The translations under genes and the position numbers were made by a program. This document shows, piece after piece, positions 26,364 through 38,500 of a stretch of 64,000 nucleotides of DNA. This DNA comes from Chrysomallon squamiferum (lineage: Eukaryota; Animalia; Mollusca), in the NCBI GenBank assembly GCA_012295275.1, contig CM022669.1, positions 17,794,001 through 17,858,000 on the forward strand, given 5' to 3'. Every line of letters starts with the position of its first letter. The first letter of the stretch is position 1. The notes under the pieces are model-generated. The model searched no databases. It was not told the DNA's origin and worked only from the letters and a program-made list of their open reading frames with translations.

Positions 26364-26698
26364 GTTAATTGTTATATAGATCTGACAGGTCCTTAAAATC
26401 ACGTGCTTTAGTTTACAAATAATAAATGATCCCTTCGTCGTTTAAATCTTAGAAAAAAATAATGTCTCAAGCCATTTGTCAAATTCAGCATAGTAACAAA
26501 CAAGGTAAAATTGTTAAGAAATACTTTCAAATGTTAAGACGGTTAATAAACTAACAATTAAAAGTGAATTATGTATATTTATTTGCAACGGCTTAGACGA
26601 CCGAAAGCAATAGAATCACGTGACCAGTTCCCGCTAAATTCAAAGTTTGCAGAAATCATCGTAAATTACTAAATTAGTAATAAATAATCTTCTTACTT
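26364..26698. promoter_or_regulatory. Shared bidirectional promoter GBA/ANKLE1 with two CLEAR-like E-boxes
   Basis: 335 bp between divergent ATGs; ATCACGTGC at 26398-26406 and ATCACGTGAC at 26615-26624 (CLEAR consensus GTCACGTGAC). Confidence 0.7.
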
Positions 26699-29600
26699 AT
26701 GTCCACGCAACAGCTGTTTTATGCACTAAATCGGGAAGATTTAGAGTAAGTTGTAATGTAGATATTATACATGTATATATATATATAAAATTCTAGCTAT
26801 TAAATTCAGTGCAAAGGGTCAAGGTCAGATGTACGGATTTTATTAACGCCGATAAACCGACTGTTACAACTAATGGTACAATGCCGACCGTGAATAATTG
26901 TGGGTTTCTTCCAGACTATTTTCTATGACTGACTGCTTTTCAGAACAGTTAAATATTAATTTACAAGAAAAAGATTCTGCTTCCTTCACTGTATAAAAAC
27001 AATATTCATTATTCATTTTATGAAATTAATCATGTTTGACGTCATATTTAATATTACGTATACCATGAATCGCATGATAATCTCAGGTTAAGCCACTAAC
27101 TTGTGACCAAAATATTAAATTGTTATTTTATTTGAGACAAATTATTACTGTAATTTTTGGATGTGAAGTTTTTAATCAAACCGAAATATTGTTTTTCTGT
27201 ATATTTATACCATCTATATATAATATAGTATATAAATAAATAAAATAATTTATTTTGGGTTTCAGTGAAGCCAGACTCTTGTTGGACGCTGGAGTTGATG
27301 TTAATGTAGTTCTGCCCGAAGAAGGTGTAGCACCATTGCATCTGGCTGCAGGACTAGGTACAGATGCAATTAAACTACTTCTTGAATATGCTGCAGATCC
27401 AAACATAAGGTAGCCTTTTGGACCCCTTTTCAGTTTGTTATTATTGTTTATTTATATATATTTTTTATTTATTTTAATATTAATTTTAATTATTTTTTTT
27501 TTATTGTAATTTTCAAACTCGTTTTGATATCTCATGTTAAAGTAACAACTATTTGTACATAAGCTTTTCAGATGGCATTAAACTAAATCTTTTTTGAATT
27601 CATTTATTTCTCTTTAGATCTGTTGAAGGTTTCACACCTCTTCATATTGCTGCAACATGGGGTGAAGTAGAAAATGTCCGACTGTTGTTGTATAGTGGGG
27701 CAGATCCCAATCTCTGTGATCAGGCAAGTAACTACCAACTGTCCAGAAAAATGTTGTTCATTTAATTATTATTATTTTTTTTAATTATTTATTTATTTAT
27801 TTATTTAATAATACACACATACACATACACATGTATGTGATATATTATATGTATAATTTAAGCTATTTCATTATTTAAAAAATTAAAATAAATTTGATAA
27901 TTTTGTTGTTTGATAATACAAATATTATGTATTATTTATTTACAGTGACATTTTTAAGATGTTGTTTTAAGTTACTTAGATTTTTTTATGGTTACCATCA
28001 TATGACAACTTAAAATATGTGTATATAAGATAATATATATCATTTTTAATTTTTTTTTTTTTTTTTTTGAATATTTTAGAATTACACAGTATTAAAATGT
28101 CATTAATATTTAATATAAAAGAAACCTGTATATTTTTATAACAGGATGGTTTCCTGCCTGCAGATGTCGCTAAGACATACGGACACAGTGACTGTGTTTG
28201 TCTACTCAAATATTACAGTTTACTTCTTTTTAACAATGAACAGGAAGATGAACAACCAAAATACATTAGTAAGAAAAACAATGTTTTTCATTTATTTATT
28301 AGGGTATACATTTGTATAATGTATCTGCCTAATTAAAACAAATTTCTTAGCTTTAAAACCTTTTGTTGTTGTTTGTTTTTATATGTGTATATATAATACG
28401 TGTCAACAACAATAAAACAGTAATAAAAAAAAAAATAATAATAATAAATATAAAACATTTTTTTATTATTATGAAAGGTTAAGCATTAGTTATCTATTAA
28501 AAATATTTATTTTCCTTTAAAATTAATTAATTTAATATTGACATTAATGTTGTTTTAATGTTTGAATTGTTGGATGTTTTCTTATTTATTTATATATTTT
28601 ATTTTTAGGAAAAAGCATCGACAGGTCTAAACTGTCAGACATTGCAGAATCAAAAGACAGCATGGTGCATGACATATCCAATAACTGGAACAACGGTTTC
28701 TTGGACTCGCCACCCACAAATTACACTGACGTATTTCAGAAACAAGTTTATGACAGTGTCCAAAAAGGAAGGAACATATTTGTTGATATGACATCACCGT
28801 GCCATCCTACAATTCACACAAGACAAGCAGCTGGCAGAGAATGCAAAAAGAAGAAAGCATCTTGCTTCAACAGACGAAAAACTTTAAAGATTTCTAGTTC
28901 CCATTTGTCAAACCAGTGTGACACTGCTGATTACTGTATACCAGAGTCTTATGATTATGCTGAAAAATACTGTGGTCTGAATAAGGTTAAGGCACGTGGT
29001 GAAAATAAATCTAATGTTTTATGTTCTTGTTGTGATGATCACATGACCACTGGACACCTCTACCAGAATAATTGTCAGCAACATAGCCCATGTGGCAGCA
29101 GAAAACAATATTTCACTAAGAAAACTTACCAAAGGTACTTTCCTCAACCAGTATCATTGTCACCAAATCATCATGATGACATCTGCACAGCAAAAAGACA
29201 TTGTGACTGCACATATCAAATCACAGAATGCCAACAGTGTCATAATAATTGTTGGCATTATGAATATCCAGTAATTAAATGTGATGGAAACAAAGGTCAT
29301 TTTTACAAATCGTCCTGTATTAATGAGATGGTTAATAAAAGAAAAACTCCAGTTTCAAACACCATCAGCAGCCCACCCATAAAACCTCTTCTTGAATCTA
29401 TACAGAGAGAGACACCAGAAGCAAAAATAAACAGATGGCAGTCCTCTGGTGTATTTGACAGCAAACCAATATTGGAAATCAAACCCAAAACTAAAAAATG
29501 GTTTCAGCCATTGACTGATGATTCCGAATGTGAGCCTGCTAACTCTACAGTTGATAAACAGCTTTTCCAGTGTTTGGAAAAAGGGAAAAGATTCTGTCTA

Positions 29601-32600
29601 GATGTAACATCACCAAATCACCCATTTTTGGATACAAAGAGTTTCCAGTTTAACGTTTCCGCTGCATCATCTGCATTTGACTCAAGTAACTCGCTGTTTT
29701 CTCAGTCTTTAAATGATTCCAACAATGATGAGTGTGGAATTGAGGAATCTTTATTGGTTGTAGATTCTCCTAACATCTCTCCAGCAGTTGAAGGAAAACC
29801 TCCTGTTCATCCACTGAAGAGGTGCAGTATGACAGATATTGGTGGCAGAAACAATAATAATAAAAATTACAGATCAAGAATGAATCGTATCAATGGTGGA
29901 ATGACAAATGGTGTTTTGAATGACAATCTCTTACAGCTGCATAGATTTCTCATCCATCGTCAAACATCTGCAGTAGTTCCACAGCAAGAAGCTGAAATAG
30001 AGAACAGAAAAGAAAACATATTGCTGAGTCCAAACTGTGTTGGAACTGCTGATGATGATGTATGCCAAAGGAAGCAGGATACAAAAAATACATTTGTAAA
30101 ACAAAAATGTATGATAATAAATAGTGATGTGCAGGAGCTTGACAATGTTCAAAATGCTGAAGATGAGTTAGATTTTAAAGGTGAAGTGACTGGTTCATTA
30201 AGGATACCAGGAATTGACCAGAAAGATGTTGAAAATAGACAGAGAGAGGTAAAGACCAATGTTATAAGTGACGGCAATTATGTTTTAAGTACACATCAAA
30301 CATCTTCCAAAGAGGTTTCACCACAACTTGCAGAAAATCAGAAATCAGCCAACAGTGGTGATCTCAGTGAAAGATTTGTAAATAATGAAGAGAGTGGTGA
30401 TAAAGATGTTGGTACGGCAGCTGAAACAAATGGATCAAGACTCAGTGAAGGTAGCATTCTCTCAGCTTCATCTTGTGATACATTTAAAACGTGTGATGAT
30501 GACACAGAATTCACCATAGTTACACACATGAATAATACAAGTGAAAAGGACATCACCAACAGCAATGTGAACAGTTCTCAAACAGAGGAAGGCTACAAGG
30601 AACAAAAGGACAGGGTTGCAGGAAATAAAGAAACATACAGTGTTTCTGAACTACAAGCACGACCTTCACATTGTCGTGTTTGGTCAGCTCCTGAACTACA
30701 CACAATACTAGATGACAGTAATCTAACAACATCTGATGAAAGCTTTTTAAATCCTACGGACAGAAATAAATTGCAATTTCAGACAGATTTTAGTTTACTA
30801 TCACAAAGAAGAACAAAAGAACCACATATGTCTGATGTCACTAAAAACAAAGAAGAAAAAGGAAAGATATCAGAAACACTGAGTAGAAAGGCAAAGAGAA
30901 GAAGCAAAAATGTTTTCCATCGACAAACTAGCCTAGAAGCTTTAGATCTTAATCTGTCTCAAGATAATGCACAAAAGTTGAAAAAGAATCCATCCAAAAA
31001 ATTATTTCCTGATGTTTTTGAACTTAAGAACAAGTCAGAAAAACAGAAACATAAATGGCAGCCACCTGTAAATGTAACCTTTGACGAATCTGATCTGATG
31101 ACATCCGACGAAAGTTTCTTGTTGAGAGAGAAAATGTGCTATGAAAATATCACCAAACTCGCAGACACTTTTGACAAAGTTTGTGTGGAGACGGAAGAGG
31201 AGCAGAAAAAGGGGGAGCACTCTAGTTTAATCAGTGTAAACAACTCAAAAACAGATGCTGCTAAATCTCTTGTCAACAAACGACTCTCGACAGTGAATTC
31301 ATCTTCTGTTTCATCTTCTACTGATGCTCTGGATGTTGGGTTCTGCAAACGCACATCTCTAGATAGTGTATACAGCAATCTTTCTTGCAAAGAATATGTG
31401 TACAAAGATGATGAAACAGGTGTTGTTCTCCTAGAACGGCATATTCCATCTGATCATGAGGGCAGCATTGACAGAAATTCCATCGACAGCCTTTTCAGCA
31501 TTCAAACGGCAGACACTGAAAGGACAGAACTTTATGACTGGAAGGCCTACCAATCTGATCAGAATGAATCGACAGATGAAAAAACCACAACACAACCAAC
31601 TTCTTCAGTTCCTGACCAACTGTCTCAGATGTCTAATGATGAAGTGCGAAAAAAGCTGAAGGCTTTAGGAGATGAACCAGGTCCTGTTGTACCATGCACT
31701 CGACAGCTGTATCTTGTCAGACTGGCCAGTTTGCAGTCAGATCCATACCACTTACACATGGTCAAGTTGACTGACTCAACTCCAGGTAAAACAAAAATCT
31801 TTAAAAATCTTTTATTATTTATCTCATTTATTGTAATTAAATTAAATTTGTTATTTAAAAATTATCACTGCAAACCGAAAATGTCTTTCAGACTGACATC
31901 TATCAATTCCACTGAATTTCTTAATAGAATGTTTCTGCTTTCAATATCTGAAATCCTGTTTCTGGTACAAATCAAAATAATAATAATAATTAGTTATTTT
32001 CATGTGTATATAACTGTCATCACTACTAACATCTTATTTTGTGGGCTTATCTGCATATATATATATATATTCTCAGTTACATTGTTTTTATATTCCTTAG
32101 TTATCAATCACTATAGGCACTAACAGAAACAAAAATCTCCTCCTGGTCAAATTATTAAATATAATAGTTTTGAATAAAACAAAACAAACAATTTTTTTAT
32201 TGTTAGAATGTTCTCATTAAAGAAAAAAACAATTAATTGAAAAAAATTCATAAAAAAGATAATAATTTATTGCACATCTATTAAATGTATCTTGAACATT
32301 TCTAACAGATTACTCTCCAGAGCTTCGACTGGCATTACAAGACAAGTTAGATTTATCAGACACAGATGAACTTGAGGCCAAGATGGTGGCACCGTTTGTT
32401 AATCCACAGGGCAGAAAATGGCGTGAGGGGACAATCAAGTCTTCATTTAACTACCTCCTCCTTGATCCTAGGGTCACTAAAAATCTACCACTCAGAGCCA
32501 AATACTTAGGTTTGATATTAAAAGAAATCTTGTCTGTACATACGTCTGAGTATGATTCTTCTGTCAGTGTCAGATCCATCTATTCAGAATGTCACTCTTT

Positions 32601-34154
32601 GTTTTATTAAATTACCTCTTGTTTTTATTATAATATTTGGGGTAGAAAAAAAAAACCAAATAAATAAAATACTTGCATTTTGTATGCACTCTTATAACCA
32701 AACATATCTAATATTTTTTTTTATTATTTCAGGAGAATTGGAAACCTTCCGTGTTTTTATAGCTGCCATATTTTATGTGGGCAAAGGAAAAAGGTCAAGA
32801 CCTTACTCACATCTGTATGAGGCTATTACTCACATGCAGAAACCAAAAACAAAGGTAATTTTTAAAAGTGTTTTCTAACAAACAATTTTTAATAAAAAAC
32901 CCACTTTCATTATACATGTATTCTACATGTAATTTTTCAAGAACATTCATTCACTTTCAGTGTATATTAAAAATATGCTCATATGTGTAAATCATATTTA
33001 TTAAAGATTTTCAAAAGCATTTTTGTAACCTTTTTTTATTTTGTTGATTTTTATTTCTATTTAAATCTAAATTTCAATTTTTATAAATTTTTTCTTATTA
33101 TTTATTTAACTTTCATTATAATACCATGATAATAATCAGAAAAAAGGAAATATAGCTCTTACAAATCAGAATTTCTTTTTCAGGCTAGTGCTAAGGTGCA
33201 ACATATTGTTGACATTTGGCAGGAAGGTGTAGGTGTGGTCTCACTCCACTGTTTTCAGAGCACCATCCCAGTGGAAGCCTATACAAGAGAGGCTTGCATG
33301 GTCGAGGCATTTGGTGAGTTGTAGTTTGTTACATGCAAGATAGGCCTTTGATGAATTGTAAATTGTTACACACAAGGCAGGCTTTTGGGGAGTTGTATTT
33401 GGTTACAATGAACTTTCTTTTGTTATTTACAAGGCTGAGTTGTATTTTTTGTTATATATATATATACATATATGACTAGATTTTTTTTTGAATTACATTT
33501 GGCTAAACACATATGTAAGTAAATAGATAAAAAAATATATATAATAATAGAAATAAATATTTTTTATTTAAAAATATTGCACACATGGATCTTCAAAAAA
33601 AAGCGTGATCAGCTTTTGTAATTTTAACAGACAAAATATTTTCTTTAATTATCAGAAGCTCATTAAGAAACTACAATGGTAATTTTAGTTTGCAATCATT
33701 AAGAATTGTTTTGTTTGTATTTTATAGCTTGCAGATTGTGAAACCAATCTGAGTGTCTTATATTTTGTATACGCCATGATGATGAGAGATATAAAAAAAA
33801 ATGTTAGGTTTTTTTAATTTTTTATTTTGTTATTATTGTTATTCTTGTGTCTGAGTGTGTGTGTGCATGTGTTGATTATTAATTATGTTTTGGAATACTA
33901 ATTGTAAATGATGAAAATATTTTTCTTTTAATCTGTAAACTCTTTATACTATAGCAAATTGTCACATATGTATCTGTATATCAGGATTATCCAAACTGAC
34001 CAACATGAAGAAGGGTGATTTCTACGGAGCTGCCTGTTCTTGGTCACAGAAACAGAAGAGGCTTATGGGAGTGCTTTTACTGAAAAAAGCTCTGCAGATT
34101 TTTCTCAGTGACGGAGAAAGACAGATATGTCCATATGACATAAAGCAAGGCTAA
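26699..34154 (+). CDS. ANKLE1: Ankyrin repeat and LEM domain-containing GIY-YIG nuclease (ANKLE1/LEM-3); ~1406 aa, 9 exons
   Basis: Exons 26699-26745, 27266-27409, 27618-27723 (GC donor), 28145-28268, 28609-31785, 32309-32509, 32733-32854, 33184-33313, 33985-34154; total 4221 nt in frame. Ankyrins (GVAPLHLAAG, GFTPLHIAATWG); LEM domain (MSNDEVRKKLKALGDEPGPVVPCTRQLY); GIY-YIG region (WREGTIKSSFNYLLLDPR, IFYVGKGKRSRPYSHL, SLHCFQSTIPVEAYTREACMVEA, LTNMKKGDFYG). Confidence 0.95.
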
Positions 34155-34899
34155 GAACAAAGAGCCACATTGTCATATTATTACTAATGACAAACATATT
34201 AATTTGTTTAGCATTTTGAAATTGTCATGGATTGTCTGCACTGCAGATAGTGCGTCTAATATTGTAAGCTTCATTTGTTTTGTTTGGTTTTGCATAAATG
34301 TAAGTATTAGATATATAGAATGAACTAACAAATATTTGTTAAATGTCATCTCACCTTGTTCTAATATTCATAGTTATTAAACAGTTTTTCTTATTTGTAT
34401 AATGATATTTTTAAAAAGGAAGCCTGCAGTAAACAGTTCCATGTCCTGTTCATTACTTTGCAGGAATGCTTCTTTCATATACACCTTCCCATGTACAGTA
34501 ATAAGGCACAAGCCACTGTCTTTGAATAACCATTCATATGGTACTGGTTAGAATGGGAAATAAATTAATAGAGACCACTGAAGAAAATTAATCTTGTTAC
34601 TTATATCACAGGCATACACAATCCATTTAACCTAAAGTTAAAATTATTTAGGAATTCATCAGATAGACACATAACACATTTTACTTTCTGGCTTTGTATC
34701 TATAGTCTTGTGTATAGTTTTATTTATTTATTTATTTAGTTAGTTATTTTGTGTCTCTCAGTACATAACATCCATTTTTTAAAAATAGGTTCAGTGGAAT
34801 TTGTAACCAAATTGAATTATTTTCACAGAAATACCATGCTGTACGCAAATAGCTTCAAATCTGTACATATAAGAAGATTTTATTTTATTTTTTCTTTAA

Positions 34900-35530
34900 T
34901 AGAGATAAAACGTTGTGTCACTCTTAGTTGTGGATACTTAGTGCTAATACAAATACAACATTCTGTCTCTCTTAGTGGTGGATACTTTATATTAATACAA
35001 ATACAATATTGTACCATTCTTTGTTGTGGATACTTATTGTTAACAGAATGTTATGCTATTCTTAGTTCTGATTACTTAGTGTTAATACAAATACAATATG
35101 GTATCACTCTTAGTTGTGGATACTTGGTGTTAATATAGATAGGACATTGTGTTATTCTTAGTTATGGATACTTGATGTTAATACAGATACAACATTCTGT
35201 CACTCTTAGTGGTGGATACTGTGTATTAACACAAATACAATATTGAATCATTCTTAGTTGTGGATACTTATTGTTAACATAGAACACTGTGTTATTCTTA
35301 GTTGTTGATATCTATGCTTAATACAAATACAGTATTATGTTATTCTTTGTTGTGGATACTTAGTGTTAATACAGATACAACATTGTGGTAATCTTAGTTG
35401 TGGATACTTAGTTTAATATAAATACAGTATGGTATCACTCTTTGTTCAAGAGGTCTATACTTAATACAAATACAGCATTGTCTCATGCTTAGTTTTAATA
35501 AAAATACTAAAAAATTCTATTACTCTTCAT
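34900..35530. repeat. 48-bp minisatellite, ~13 diverged copies, with a 5-unit (234-bp) higher-order repeat
   Basis: CTTAGTTGTGGATACT anchor at 34923, 34971, 35019, 35061, 35109, 35157, 35205, 35253, 35297, 35345, 35393, 35440 and 35488. Confidence 0.92.
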
Positions 35531-38500
35531 TTCTTTAGATTGTTGCCATCTAATATCTCCTGTTTTTTGTCAAAATCTTCTTACCTTCAACAGAAATATC
35601 TGTACAAAAATGGTAATAATATAATTGTTTTGTCAATTATCACATGCTAATACCACATTTTACAAAGTTATTCATTGCCTAAGGCCTGTTTTCACACATA
35701 AGATTCATTGTGTCAAGGTTTGTATTGAAGCAGGCTCCTCTGTTAGAAACTGAAATAATTAAAATGCTCATCAAATAAAAAGTCATTACATTAAGATAAT
35801 CTTTTTTTCTTGTTAGAAACAGCAGTCAGAATGTAGAGAAGAACATGAACTTAATTCCCCTGTCCTGAATTTGTAAGTGAGACTTATAAAGTATTATAAA
35901 GATCATTCTTGTATAAATTCTATGTGATATGGAGTTAAACATTCAAGCTTGTGTTACTGACACCAGTTGAGGTCACTCTGCTTCATTCTGATTACATTTC
36001 TATGATATTAGTCCTTAACTTATTAAGGTCATCTTTCTTTTCTCATTAGATTTAACAGTCAAAACAGAGAAGAGCATGAACGTATTTTACCTTTCTTTAA
36101 CTTTTAACTGAATGTTATTAAAACAAAAATCATTAACAGGATATCTAATACTGGTAATTATGTAAAAGTAATATTGGATAATACTGATATAGAAAAGATT
36201 ATATAAAGTTATAAGGTAATTTAAACAGTAAGAAACAAAATCAAAGCTATTATCTAATGTGTCATTGTGTTGCAACATTTGTCTTGTATCTGGAACAATT
36301 CATTACACATTTTGCTTCCTGGGATTTTCTTTGTAATAGCATACTGCACATTACCTAAAATTATTTAATTTTATGAAGTATATTTTGTATTTACTAGATA
36401 TGATATTACATTTTAAATAATCAGTGATATTCATATTTTATACTGTAATTACATCTTTTTCAGTGGATGTTTTCTAAACAAAACAAAAAATAAATAAATA
36501 AGTAAATAAATAAAAGGATGGATTGTGCAAAGTTTCACTGAGTATCATTTTTATCCAAAAAATTATGCATATGTTAATTTTTGTATACTTACAACTCTTG
36601 GATCACAAACAAGTTGATGTGCTTTGGAATAAGTATAATCAAAAACTGAGTGTAATGAAAAAATATATATATACATAAAAATAAATAAAAGAAATCATAT
36701 AAAAGAATAAGTTTAGAATAAGATACCTGTTGTTTTACTAAAAATATTTTACCATACAAATCTAACAAAAATGTTTTTCTTCTGTTGTTCACTTCTCTAG
36801 GCATAATCATGGATAAACTTTCAGCTGTCCAGTCATTAGATTTCTTTGGCAGTGAAATCTTCGTTTCTTTTTCTTTGCTTCATTCTGATTTCATTTCTAC
36901 AATATTGGTCCATTATAGTTATCTCTTTTTGTATGTGTGTAGGTGTGTGTGTATTTATTTATTTATTTTTAAGGGTTTTTTTATCATTAGAAATGACAAT
37001 CAAAATACATTGAAGAATATGAACATATTTCACCTTCCCTGAAATGTTATTTACAAATTTTTAATATCTAATACAGGTAGTTATGTAAAAGTAATATTAA
37101 ATAATACAGATGTATTAATAAATGTATTGCCATCCTGTGAGTTAATTTATAACACTGAAAGAAGAGGAATTATTTAAATTCTTAGTTGGTAAAACTTCAA
37201 GAGACAGTGAGATATATCCATATGTAAACTTCTGATTTACATCTAAATTCTTAGATGGTAAAACATTCAGCAGGGATATTGAGATACATTGATACACAGA
37301 CTTCTGATGTCCTTTCACTATGCTTTTTCTTTGTATCTATAGCAGTAGCACTTCAGTGGTTTTCTCACCTTTTCTTCATATTGTATTTAATGCTTATTGT
37401 TGTAGTCCATCTTATCACTCACTGTATAGTATGTTTTTTTTTCATTTTGTGTTTATTATTAATAGTTGGTGTTTAATAAGTAACCTTGTCACTCACACAT
37501 CTATGTGTAAAGTATGTGTAACACTAGCACTTCAGCAATCAGAATTGATGGTTTTGAGACACGTTTCCTATATTTTTCTTCTGAAGTTGTTTAGTTTGTT
37601 ATCTTGTAAGTGAAAAATACCACAGTTGCTACATCAAGAATAAACATCATGAGTAGTTCTTAATTTACAATAAGCTTCACATGCTAAAATAGAAAACAAA
37701 GTCAAACCTATCCATGATATGTTACTTCTGAAAATAATTTTCCATTTAGATCAACTAGGATTATTATTATTTTTTAACTGTTTTGTATTTGTGTCTGTGT
37801 AAATTCTAAGTCTCATAATTTGTTTTACATTATACTTCAGTTTGAACAAAATACATACATGTCTTACCACTTCTGAATTTTGCCAGTGTTGAAATGACAG
37901 TGATTTGCTCTCTTTGGCCTAAGAGACCAGCCAGATATTTGTTCATATAACCAAACAAAGTCTAGTCTGATTACAATTACTGTTCATTTCTTTAGATGGT
38001 TCTCATCTAACAACTCTTGCTTTATCATAAAACTCGTACTGTTGAAATATTTGAAACAAATGGTAATAATATAGTTAAGCCACAATCACATTCCACTACC
38101 ACATTTTATTTTGTTGTTCATAGTTTCAGACCTGTTTTCATTCATAACATTTATAATTTCCTTGGTAATAACCTGCTAAACATGTCCTAAATTTTTTAAT
38201 TTAATACTTAATACATACAATATAACATTTTAAATAATTAAAAATATTCTTATTTTATAGAGTAATTACATTTTGTTACATAGATGTTTTCTGTTTCCTA
38301 CATATTCATCCACTGTTGTTTATGAAAGTTCTTTATATTATATCACCTATTCTTTTTTTCGACTATGTTGTTAACAAATTAATCAGATAATGCTGTTTTT
38401 CACATCTGTGTTAATCTTACTTGTAGAAATTTAATGCAGGTTGTCCAGTCAAACACATTTCTTTGGCCAGGTTTTAAACTACCTGTTGAAAGTAAGGTTG

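Noticed and set aside
31786-32123. Hydrophobic C-terminal tail of the 1153-aa ORF, suggesting a transmembrane ANKLE1
   Set aside because: Lies past the donor CAG|GTAAAA at 31785 and is AT-rich intron read-through.
34749-35138. 129-aa ORF with repeated CGYLVLIQIQ
   Set aside because: Read-through of the 48-bp minisatellite, with a TTG start and frameshifting 44/47-bp units further on; also not a CRISPR array.
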